64,000 nt of DNA, taken from the NCBI GenBank assembly GCA_964403725.1, contig CAYOHI010000002.1:21644-85643 (forward strand), in the 5' to 3' direction. Below the pieces are notes generated by a model that saw only the letters and a list, made by a program, of their open reading frames with translations, had not been told where the DNA came from and ran no database searches. This document shows positions 19,294 to 27,460 of this stretch, in pieces. The DNA is from an uncultured Candidatus Saccharibacteria bacterium. GTDB taxonomy: Bacteria > Patescibacteriota > Minisyncoccia > Portnoybacterales > UBA2143. The number at the start of each line of letters is the position of its first letter. The first letter of the stretch is position 1. The position numbers were made by a program, and so were the translations under genes.

Positions 19294-19761
19294 TTAAAAC
19301 CTTATCTGCCTGGCCAAATTATCCGTTATGGATTCCTGATGCTTTTTCTCTGGCAAGTATTTAATCAGCATCTGTCTTATTTCAACCGGGTCTTGCTCGC
19401 CTAAAGGAATTCTAATATATGGCATAACTGTCTTTTTGCTTCTCAAGCTCAACTCTCTAATTTCAGGAGGATCATAGAAAAGCCAGAATGATCTTAAATT
19501 TTCGTAAGTATACAGAGTTCTTTCAACTTTTACTCCCTGAGGAGTAATGGCCAGACTTATCTCCCTAGGCCTCTTAGAAGCATACATGGATAAGATGAAG
19601 TAGGTCAAAGCAATCATCAAGGCAAAAAGCAGATTCTTTGTAAAAATAGCTATCAAAAAAAGAATGCCGGTAATCGCTCCGGTAACGATGTACCAGGATC
19701 CACTTTTTTCATAGTATTCAAATTCAGGAGCTGTCCATTCAATTTGATTTTTTTTATCCAT
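19294..19761 (-). CDS. conserved two-TM membrane protein, hypothetical
   Basis: MDKKNQIEWTAPEF...; start reassigned because the upstream 29 codons lie within tRNA-Ser. Confidence 0.8.
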   Translation of the reverse strand: MDKKNQIEWTAPEFEYYEKSGSWYIVTGAITGILFLIAIFTKNLLFALMIALTYFILSMYASKRPREISLAITPQGVKVERTLYTYENLRSFWLFYDPPEIRELSLRSKKTVMPYIRIPLGEQDPVEIRQMLIKYLPEKKHQESITDNLARQIRF

Positions 19762-19846
19762 GGCGGAGAGAGAGGGATTCGAACCCTCATGTCCAATAGG
19801 ACGCCAGTTTTCAAGACTGGTGCAATAGCCGTTATGCGATCTCTCC
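19761..19846 (-). tRNA. tRNA-Ser (TGA)
   Basis: Minus strand GGAGAGA...CCAGT-CTTGAAA-ACTGG, long variable arm, GGTTCGAATCC, GCCA end. Confidence 0.95.
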
Positions 19847-19848
19847 AA

Positions 19849-20112
19849 TTAAGAATATAACTTATTATGTGTTCCAACAGCAACAAAATATATTATTTTA
19901 TTTTTTGCTATTTCTCGGAATACCGCTCGCCAATCTGAGTTGATATTAATACTTCTGTAACTTTTTAACTTTCCGTGAAGTTTGTGATTGTTTAAGGCAG
20001 GACTATAAGGATCTTTTATAAATATCTCTAATTTGTTTTTAAATAATTTTCTAATTTTTACCGGACACTTCCTAAATTCTTTAATGAATTTTTTAGAATA
20101 CTCGATTTGCAT
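19849..20112 (-). CDS. RelE/StbE/YafQ-family mRNA interferase toxin
   Basis: YSKKFIKE, LNNHKLHGKL, RSINI..DWR, VGTHNKLY. Confidence 0.9.
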   Translation of the reverse strand: MQIEYSKKFIKEFRKCPVKIRKLFKNKLEIFIKDPYSPALNNHKLHGKLKSYRSININSDWRAVFREIAKNKIIYFVAVGTHNKLYS

Positions 20113-20118
20113 AATTCA

Positions 20119-20391
20119 TTACTTATCGAGAAATTTAATTGCTTTTTCACTGTCTTTGAAAGAGTAAAAATCATTACTCTCTCTTTCTTTTTCTGATTCC
20201 CTTATAGATGACAATAAATAATCACTAGGTGAATTTTCGTTTAAAGTAAAAACAATAGTCTTGTCGCGAACAAACTGTCTTAAGAAACCATTGATTGCTC
20301 CGCTCAGGGTTAATCCCATCTGAGCAGCAACTTTTTTAGCTTCCTTTTTAACCTTGGGATCTGTTTTAATGTTTATAATTGTTGAATTCAT
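20119..20391 (-). CDS. RelB/DinJ-family antitoxin
   Basis: INIKTDPKVKKEAKKVAAQMGLTLSGAINGFLRQ ribbon-helix-helix; directly upstream of the toxin. Confidence 0.9.
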   Translation of the reverse strand: MNSTIINIKTDPKVKKEAKKVAAQMGLTLSGAINGFLRQFVRDKTIVFTLNENSPSDYLLSSIRESEKERESNDFYSFKDSEKAIKFLDK

Positions 20392-20410
20392 AATTCTGTT
20401 AATTCTATTA

Positions 20411-20460
20411 ATATATACTTTGTATATACTAAGTATATATTTAATAATTCATAATGTCAA
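20411..20460 (-). promoter_or_regulatory. toxin-antitoxin promoter with overlapping palindromic operator
   Basis: Minus strand TTGACA-N17-TATACT; repeated TATATAC/GTATATA palindromes at 20411-20440 overlap -10 and +1. Confidence 0.7.
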
Positions 20461-20471
20461 GGTATATTCTT

Positions 20472-20558
20472 TGGCGGAAGAGGCGGGATTCGAACCCGCG
20501 AGTCCAAAAAGGACGACAGATTAGCAATCTGTTGCAATAGCCACTATGCGACTCTTCC
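20472..20558 (-). tRNA. tRNA-Ser (GCT)
   Basis: Minus strand GGAAGAG...ACAGA-TTGCTAA-TCTGT, long variable arm, GGTTCGAATCC, GCCA end. Confidence 0.95.
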
Positions 20559-20596
20559 AGTAAGTTTAATTTACCACTTTATTTATTAACAGTCAA

Positions 20597-20910
20597 TCAA
20601 TCTTTGGCAATGACTAATCCTATAATTTTATTCGGATTTAGAGTTTTCAAAGCTTCACTTGCCTCATTTATGGTAGACCCGCTGGTACAGATGTCATCTA
20701 CTATAATAATATTTTTATTCTCTAAATTCTCTTTAAAATTCAAATTAATTTGAAAAGAATCTTTAATATTCTCACTCCTTAAATCTGTATTCTGTATTTT
20801 AGCCTGAGGCAATGAATATTTACTTCTAATCAAAATATTACTTAACACAGGAATATTTAACTTTTTTCCAATTTCTTGAGATAGTAGTTCACTTTGGTGA
20901 AAACCGAGCT
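20597..20910 (-). pseudogene. 5'-truncated second copy of comF (C-terminal PRTase part only)
   Basis: GFHQSELLSQEIGKKLNIPVLSNILIRSKYSLPQAKIQN...IIVDDICTSGST parallels the intact comF; no N-terminal half. Confidence 0.75.
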
Positions 20911-21063
20911 TTCCAGTGGAGAATTATTATTTTATTTAAAGGTTGAGTTCAGTCCAAATAAGTTTGACAAGAATATGTTTATATGTTATTCTATCTTCAG
21001 TTCCAACATTAACAAGGGGATTAAATGGTCTAGATATATAGAAATAGAAAAGGAGAAGTAGCA

Positions 21064-21342
21064 ATGAAAAAAGTGATTGATACTCGTGGCTATGGTACCT
21101 CCGAGGGATTTGCAACGCAAATCACTCTGCCTAGTGGCAAATATATGTATACTGGGGTTGGTTCTGTTGCAGAACAAATTGCCAAAGACAAGGGCTTGGA
21201 ATGCAAAACAGTCAGTTATTTCGGGGCGTGTATTTACTGTAATATAAATGATCGCGCTCATCAGGATATGCCGATTCAAATTGACGGTGTTAGCGTAGCT
21301 GACTTCATAGATAAAATTGCTACTGATGAAGAATGCTTCTAA
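21064..21342 (+). CDS. hypothetical protein
   Basis: TTGACA-N17-TATTCT upstream, AAGGAG SD, terminator downstream. Confidence 0.65.
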   Translation: MKKVIDTRGYGTSEGFATQITLPSGKYMYTGVGSVAEQIAKDKGLECKTVSYFGACIYCNINDRAHQDMPIQIDGVSVADFIDKIATDEECF

Positions 21343-21382
21343 TCTACTAAATCCGTATCCCTGCCATTTTTGTTTAAATGTG

Positions 21383-21414
21383 AAAGCCGCATGGTTTGCC
21401 CAGCGGCTTTTTTT
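21383..21414. terminator. bidirectional terminator
   Basis: AAAGCCGC...GCGGCTTTTT between convergent genes. Confidence 0.7.
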
Positions 21415-22093
21415 ACTCCCTAGCGATGACTAATTTATAAATATTTTTGGGTTTTAAGGTTTCTAAAGCTCTAACACACTCATCAAGCGTAGATCCACTA
21501 GTGCAAATATCATCTACTAAGATGATATTTTTGTTAACCCACCCCAGTCCTCCCTTATCAGGGAGGGAGTTATTCAAAAGATTATTCCTCTCCTGATAAG
21601 GGGAGGTTAGGAGGGGTTTTCTTAACTCAAAAGAATCTTTAATATTCTCCCTCCTCAAATCTGCATTCTGTATTTTGGCCTGAGGCAGTGAATATTTGGT
21701 TCTGATTAGAATATTGTCAAAAATAGGAATATCCATTTTCTTCCCAATTTCTCGGGCTAATAATTCTGATTGATTAAATCCACGCCATTTTAATCTTTTT
21801 GTATGCAAAGGAATAGGGACAAGAATTAGATTTTCAATATTTTCCCTTTTTAATCTTTCAATCATTAGAAGACTCAAAGGCTTTGCTAAGTCTCTTACAA
21901 AATCATACTTATACCTATGGATTAATTCTTTAACTAATTGGTTTTTGTAATAGCTGGAAATTAACAGATTATCTTTTGTTTCCTTGGTATTTAAAGGGAT
22001 GCTCTTAAAACAAGAGTGACACAAAAATTTACCTTCTTGATTACAGCCAAGGCATTGAATAGGAAAAAGAATATCTAAAATAGTTTTCCACAT
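21413..22093 (-). CDS. comF: ComF/ComFC competence protein (double Zn ribbon + PRTase)
   Basis: LDILFPIQCLGC, CHSC, VPIPLH, RGFNQSELLA, LVDDICTSGSTL. Confidence 0.92.
   Translation of the reverse strand: MWKTILDILFPIQCLGCNQEGKFLCHSCFKSIPLNTKETKDNLLISSYYKNQLVKELIHRYKYDFVRDLAKPLSLLMIERLKRENIENLILVPIPLHTKRLKWRGFNQSELLAREIGKKMDIPIFDNILIRTKYSLPQAKIQNADLRRENIKDSFELRKPLLTSPYQERNNLLNNSLPDKGGLGWVNKNIILVDDICTSGSTLDECVRALETLKPKNIYKLVIARE
21536..21620. repeat. GC-rich palindromic REP-like doublet inserted in-frame in comF
   Basis: Two inverted units, each with a CCTCCC(C)TTATCAGG(G)AG core; absent from the comF fragment at 20597. Confidence 0.7.
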
Positions 22094-22233
22094 GTTTAAT
22101 TTCTTTGTTCTTTCATTTATGTTATACTTTTCAATAGATAAAGAAAAGGAAGAAATGAAAGAGATTAGCTGACCAGGAGATCTTATCCCGAAGAAGTACA
22201 AGGGTGGATTTAGGTAATTTAAGAGATTAAAAT

Positions 22234-23295
22234 ATGTTTTTATTAAAAAAAAAGCTAAAGAATCGTCTGGGTATTGATATTAGCGCTTCGGCTGTAAAAA
22301 TGGTTGAACTGGGAAAAGAGGATGGCAGACATAAATTAAATAACTATGCAGTCTTTTCTCTGGAAAAATATTTGAAAAGCAAAGGTCAGCAGCCTGATGC
22401 TGAAGATTTTCAAATCCCCAGTGATGAAATGGCCAAGATAATCAAGCAGACTATCAAAGAGGCTAAGATTAAATCCAAGGATGTCTATCTCTCTGTTCCG
22501 GTTTATTCCAGCTTCTATACATTGATTGATTTCCCAGATATGTCCCAGAAGGAAATTGAAGCAGCTATTCCTTTTGAAGCGAGAAAATATGTGCCTATCC
22601 CAATTTCAGAAGTAATCCTAGACTGGAGTGTCGTTGATACGCCTAACAAGAAGGATAGCAAGCAAGTTCTCCTTATTGCCGTACCTAAGAAAGTTATCAA
22701 TAACTATAACCAGATAGTTAAAGCAGCTGGTTTAAATTTAAAAGGAATTGAAGGAGAAACCTTCAGTCTGACCCGTGCTTTGATAGGTAATGATAAAAGT
22801 GGTATTATTCTAGTAGATAACGGAGCCCGTTCAATCAATGTCAGTATCATCGATGGCGGATACATCAGGGTAACCCATAACTTAGAGATGGGTGGCCGGA
22901 AGATCACCAAGGCTATTGCCCAGCAAATGAATCTTGATCTGGAAAAAGCAGAGCATTTCAAAAGAAGATTATCTGATAAAAAATCAATTGAGCCAACAGA
23001 TCCTCAATTAAGAAGCGTTATTCAATCTTCCTTAGGGATGATCGTAGTTGAGATTAAGAAGATAATAGATAACTACCAGAATAAGTATAACAGGAAAATT
23101 GAAAAAAGCGTCCTGGTTGGCAGCGGAGTATATTTATCAGGATTTGATAGTAGCTTAGTCAGTAGATTATCTTTAGACACATCGATAGGCGACCCTTTTG
23201 CTCGGGTAACCTGTCCTGATGTCATCAAGCCAGTCTTAAAGGACTTGGGTCCTCCATTGGCTGTAGCCACGGGATTGGCTATGAGAGAGGAATAA
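22234..23295 (+). CDS. pilM: type IV pilus assembly protein PilM
   Basis: LGIDIS..VKMVEL, EARKYVP, DW, VLLIAV, DNGA, GG..IT, LAVATGLA. Confidence 0.93.
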   Translation: MFLLKKKLKNRLGIDISASAVKMVELGKEDGRHKLNNYAVFSLEKYLKSKGQQPDAEDFQIPSDEMAKIIKQTIKEAKIKSKDVYLSVPVYSSFYTLIDFPDMSQKEIEAAIPFEARKYVPIPISEVILDWSVVDTPNKKDSKQVLLIAVPKKVINNYNQIVKAAGLNLKGIEGETFSLTRALIGNDKSGIILVDNGARSINVSIIDGGYIRVTHNLEMGGRKITKAIAQQMNLDLEKAEHFKRRLSDKKSIEPTDPQLRSVIQSSLGMIVVEIKKIIDNYQNKYNRKIEKSVLVGSGVYLSGFDSSLVSRLSLDTSIGDPFARVTCPDVIKPVLKDLGPPLAVATGLAMREE

Positions 23296-23307
23296 GGATT
23301 TTCAAAT

Positions 23308-23886
23308 ATGGATATAAAGTTAATGCCAGAAAAATATAAGAAGAGAGGGATTGGCGGCGGAGTCAATCTGGGCGGCGATCCGTTAAAGGCTTTTAAAAAA
23401 GCCGGTCTTTGGCTCACCTTGTCGATTATTTTGTCGGTTGGCGCAGCTCTGGTTTGCTTCGGTCTCTGGGGTTACAAAATCAGCTTGAATAACAACAAGG
23501 AGGAATTAACCCAGAAATTAGAAGACTTGCAAGGTGAGAGAGATTTGGAACTGGAAGGCAATTTCATAGAATTAAAAGAGACAATCGAAAATTTTGAAGA
23601 AATATTGAGCCAAAGAGTCTATTTATCCAATGTTTTTGGCATGCTTGAAGATATTACCTTATCTCAGGTTAAGTATGAAAGCTTTACGATCAATCTTTCT
23701 GATTCAACTCTTGATTTGAAAACAGAAGCTACCAGCTATGAGTCTTTAGTCAAACAAGTAATGGCTTTTAGAGAAGATAGCAGGATAAAGGAAATCATTT
23801 TCTCTGAAGCTACTTTGGAAAAGGGAGGCTTTGTTGGGACTACCTTTAATCTTGAATTTGAACCTAGTCTTTTATCTTTAGAATAA
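23308..23886 (+). CDS. pilN: PilN-like protein
   Basis: DIKLMP (INLLP-like), TM helix, coiled coil; position after pilM. Confidence 0.75.
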   Translation: MDIKLMPEKYKKRGIGGGVNLGGDPLKAFKKAGLWLTLSIILSVGAALVCFGLWGYKISLNNNKEELTQKLEDLQGERDLELEGNFIELKETIENFEEILSQRVYLSNVFGMLEDITLSQVKYESFTINLSDSTLDLKTEATSYESLVKQVMAFREDSRIKEIIFSEATLEKGGFVGTTFNLEFEPSLLSLE

Positions 23887-23889
23887 TTT

Positions 23890-24510
23890 ATGAATAAAAA
23901 AGTAATAATCATTTTAGTAAATATCCTAGTAGGCATAGCTCTGCTGTTTGTCTTTGCTGATCCTCTGTGGAATTCGATCAAGGTTTTAAGAGCTGAAATT
24001 GACAAGCAAAATGAAGAGATAAGCAAAGTTGAAGAGCTTTTAGTAAAAGTCCAGGAATTAGAGGCAGAATATCAGGAAACGGGTGGCGAGGCCATAGAGG
24101 GGATTCTTGAAGCTTTGCCTGAGGAAAAGGATCTGCCATACTTAATCAATCAATTTGAAGCTATGGCCGTGAATAACGGCTTATTAATGGAGTCAATAAA
24201 ATTCAGCGAAGACATTAAAAGCGATAAAAAAAGCACTCAGCAGTCTAGTCAAATGGATGAATTTAGCGCGAGTAGTAATAGTGACAGCCAGGAAGTCATT
24301 TCACCTTTCCCATATCTAACCGTTGAAATGACACTGAGTGGATCCTATGAAGGATTCAAAACCTATTTGGAAGATTTAGAAAGCAATATCCGCTTAATGG
24401 ATATCAAGGATGTCGACTTTGCCAGTGAACAAAGCAAAGACAGCGAAGGTGAATCATCAGGTTTGCCTATTTTCAAATTTAACATGGGATTATTGGTCTA
24501 TTATCAATAA
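23890..24510 (+). CDS. pilO: PilO-like protein
   Basis: N-terminal TM, ALPEE, GSYEGFKTYLEDLESNIRLMDI. Confidence 0.8.
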   Translation: MNKKVIIILVNILVGIALLFVFADPLWNSIKVLRAEIDKQNEEISKVEELLVKVQELEAEYQETGGEAIEGILEALPEEKDLPYLINQFEAMAVNNGLLMESIKFSEDIKSDKKSTQQSSQMDEFSASSNSDSQEVISPFPYLTVEMTLSGSYEGFKTYLEDLESNIRLMDIKDVDFASEQSKDSEGESSGLPIFKFNMGLLVYYQ

Positions 24511-24520
24511 TTAATTAAAA

Positions 24521-24940
24521 ATGAATCTTAAATCAATTTTATCAATTTTTTCAAAGAATTCTCTAGATCAGGATAAGAAGCAGAAGATAATGATAGGCGC
24601 CTTTGTCGGTGTCGTCGTAGCTATTGTCGCGATCCTGTATTTCGGCATGTGGCGTTCGCCGTCAATTCCTGATGATGCGCTTATGGATGAAGGAGTACCT
24701 GGTGGCGAATTGGGCATGATTGAAGATCCAACAATGATTGGAGATGGTTTTGAAAATACTGAAGCTATTGCGATGCCTAGTGGTGGGAGTAATTTTGTTG
24801 GAGATATCATTAACAAAATCAATTTTGATACTAGCTTTTTGAAAACATCTCGTTTCCAGGATTTAAAAGCTTATGGGGAATGGCCTTTGGAAATAGGGGA
24901 AAAAGGTCGGCTAAACCCATTTTTACCACACGGTCAGTGA
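24521..24940 (+). CDS. PilP-position membrane protein
   Basis: TM helix and C-terminal GRLNPF motif after pilMNO. Confidence 0.6.
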   Translation: MNLKSILSIFSKNSLDQDKKQKIMIGAFVGVVVAIVAILYFGMWRSPSIPDDALMDEGVPGGELGMIEDPTMIGDGFENTEAIAMPSGGSNFVGDIINKINFDTSFLKTSRFQDLKAYGEWPLEIGEKGRLNPFLPHGQ

Positions 24941-25006
24941 GCAGCTAACAATGAATAGTAAATAATATTGTTTTTGTTTCCTGTTCATTGCTTGTTGTGA
25001 TGGTTT

Positions 25007-26638
25007 ATGGTGACTGATAAAAAAGACAATTCAAATGAAAAAAAAATATCGGAAGACAAAACACAGACGTCTGAAGCACCCCTTGTTGACTTAGCTCACA
25101 AAGAGATTCCGGTAGAAGTATTAAAAGAGGTTCCCGAAGAGGCAGCGTCTTTTTATAGCTTTGTTCCCATAACCAGAAGCGGTAATGTTTTGGAAGTGGG
25201 TATGGTTGACCCAACTAATCTTAAGGCTAAGGAGGCTTTAAGATTCATTACTCGCAGAAGCGGCCTGGAAACAAAGATATTTACTATCAGCCAAACCGAT
25301 TTTAATAACGTATTGAGACAGTATCGCAGCTTAAGAGGCGAGGTCAACAAGGCCTTAAAAGAATTAGAAGAAGAAATTGAAGCAGAAGAAAGTATTGGTT
25401 CGCCTAAAGGGAAACCTGGAGAAATGGCTGAAAAGATCGTTGCCGAGGCGCCGATTACTAAAATTGTAGCAGTTGTTCTGAGACATGCAACCGAAGGAAA
25501 AGCTTCAGATGTACACATTGAAGCAGCAGAGGATAAGGTAAAGGTTCGTTTCAGAGTTGATGGAGTCCTCTATACTAGCCTGATTTTACCCAAAGAAGTT
25601 CATTCAGCTATTGTTTCCAGAATTAAGATACTTTCTGATTTGAAAATTGATGAAACAAGAGTTCCTCAAGATGGTCGATTCCATACTGTTGTGGCTGGCA
25701 AGAAGATCGATTTCCGTGTTTCTACCCTGCCAACAGCTGGTGGAGAGAAAGTCGTTTTAAGGGTTTTAGACCCATCAGCTGGCCTGAGAGATTTTACCAA
25801 ATTAGGATTAAGCGGCTATAATCTAGAAGTTCTTAAAAAAGAAATCAAGCAGCCTTTCGGCATGGTTTTAATTACCGGTCCGACTGGTTCCGGTAAATCA
25901 ACAACTCTTTACGCTATTTTAAACAGCTTAAACCAAGAGGGAGTCAATATTATCAGCCTGGAAGATCCGGTAGAATATTTCGTTGAAGGAATTAACCAAT
26001 CCCAGATTATGCCAGAGATCGGATATACCTTTGCTTCTGGTCTGCGCCATATCTTAAGGCAAGACCCAGATATTATCATGGTCGGAGAGATTAGAGACCA
26101 AGAAACAGCTGAACTGTCTATTCATGCAGCTTTGACCGGACACATTCTTCTTTCTACCCTGCATACCAACGATGCTATAGGGGTAGTTCCAAGATTGGTT
26201 GATATGAAGATTGGATCATTTCTTCTGCCTTCTTCGTTGAATTTGATGATTGCCCAGCGTCTAGCCAGAAGATTATGCGAGAAGTGCAAAAAAGAAGTAG
26301 CAGCTCCGCCCAAGGTCAATGAAATGATTGAAGAAGAGCTAGCTAAGCTAAATCCAATGCATAAGGAAGCGTTTCCTTGGGAGAGGCCGTTTAAGATATA
26401 TCGTCCAGTTGGCTGTAAATTTTGTGGAAATAAGGGGACAAAAGGTCGAATTGCCCTTTATGAAATATTACAAATGACTCCTCAATTAGAAGAAATCATT
26501 GCTGGAGAGTTAAACGAAGTGAAAATTAAAGAAGAAGCCTATAGGCAAGGAATGATTACGATGAAGCAGGACGGCGTAGCTAAATCGCTTCAAGGAACCA
26601 TTTCTTTTGAAGAGATGATTAGGATGGTTGAGGAATAA
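25007..26638 (+). CDS. pilB: type IV pilus extension ATPase PilB/GspE
   Basis: ASDVHIE, PQDGRF, GPTGSGKSTT, EDPVEY, LRQDPD, GEIRD, STLHTN, CxxC pairs. Confidence 0.95.
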   Translation: MVTDKKDNSNEKKISEDKTQTSEAPLVDLAHKEIPVEVLKEVPEEAASFYSFVPITRSGNVLEVGMVDPTNLKAKEALRFITRRSGLETKIFTISQTDFNNVLRQYRSLRGEVNKALKELEEEIEAEESIGSPKGKPGEMAEKIVAEAPITKIVAVVLRHATEGKASDVHIEAAEDKVKVRFRVDGVLYTSLILPKEVHSAIVSRIKILSDLKIDETRVPQDGRFHTVVAGKKIDFRVSTLPTAGGEKVVLRVLDPSAGLRDFTKLGLSGYNLEVLKKEIKQPFGMVLITGPTGSGKSTTLYAILNSLNQEGVNIISLEDPVEYFVEGINQSQIMPEIGYTFASGLRHILRQDPDIIMVGEIRDQETAELSIHAALTGHILLSTLHTNDAIGVVPRLVDMKIGSFLLPSSLNLMIAQRLARRLCEKCKKEVAAPPKVNEMIEEELAKLNPMHKEAFPWERPFKIYRPVGCKFCGNKGTKGRIALYEILQMTPQLEEIIAGELNEVKIKEEAYRQGMITMKQDGVAKSLQGTISFEEMIRMVEE

Positions 26639-26648
26639 AATTAAATAT

Positions 26649-27077
26649 ATGAAAAACAAAGGATTTACTTTAATAGAGCTTTTAATAGTTATTGCCATAA
26701 TTGGAATTTTGGCAACAACGGCTTTTTACAGCCTGAGTTCTATTAAATCTAAAAGCAGGGATGCCCGTCGGGTAGCAGATATTAGGGCAGTCCAGCAAGG
26801 ATTATCAATGTATTACAATGATAATTCTCTTTATCCTGATTCAGGAGGGAGTGCCATTGAGATTGATGGAAGCGGTGACGCCATGTCACAGGCTTTGATT
26901 GATGAAGAGTTAATGAACAGTATTCCACTTGATCCGTTTAATAAGGATGTGGATGGAACAGTGTATAAATACTATTATGAATCACTTGATGATGAAAGTG
27001 ACTATGAGTTAACTTTTTATCTAGAGACAGATTCAATTCAAAATAGGTCACAAGGAGAAAATATAGTTAGTCCATAA
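26649..27077 (+). CDS. type IV prepilin (GspG-like)
   Basis: KG|FTLIELLIVIAIIG, RDARRVADI. Confidence 0.9.
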   Translation: MKNKGFTLIELLIVIAIIGILATTAFYSLSSIKSKSRDARRVADIRAVQQGLSMYYNDNSLYPDSGGSAIEIDGSGDAMSQALIDEELMNSIPLDPFNKDVDGTVYKYYYESLDDESDYELTFYLETDSIQNRSQGENIVSP

Positions 27078-27086
27078 TATAAAAAT

Positions 27087-27458
27087 ATGAAAAAAGTATT
27101 AATCATAGAAGATGATCCGTTTTTAAGTGAAATGTATGCTGCTAAGTTTGCTGAAAGCGGCTTTGAAGCAGAAGTAGCTTCAGATGGCGGTCAAGGTCTG
27201 ACCAAGGTTGCTGAGTTCAAGCCAGATCTTGTTCTTTTAGATATTGTTTTGCCAAAGATGGATGGTTTTGAAATCTTGAAAAAGATTAAGGAAAACGATG
27301 AATTAAAAGGAATTCCTGTCATCCTTCTGACTAATTTGGGCCAGAAGAATGAAGTGGAAAAGGGATTATCTTTGGGAGCTGAGGAATATATTATTAAAGC
27401 TCACTTTACGCCAACGGCTGTAGTAGCCAAGGTGAAAGATGTGTTGAATAAACTATAA
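27087..27458 (+). CDS. single-domain response regulator
   Basis: IIEDD, DLVLLDIVLPKMDG, LTN, IK. Confidence 0.92.
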   Translation: MKKVLIIEDDPFLSEMYAAKFAESGFEAEVASDGGQGLTKVAEFKPDLVLLDIVLPKMDGFEILKKIKENDELKGIPVILLTNLGQKNEVEKGLSLGAEEYIIKAHFTPTAVVAKVKDVLNKL

Positions 27459-27460
27459 TT

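Noticed and set aside
19762-19886. ORF-track starts at 19848 and the 19653..19886 ORF
   Set aside because: They are translations of the tRNA-Ser(TGA) gene.
22160-22215. Weak hairpin upstream of pilM as a riboswitch
   Set aside because: I could not match it to any known aptamer consensus and the pairing is short.
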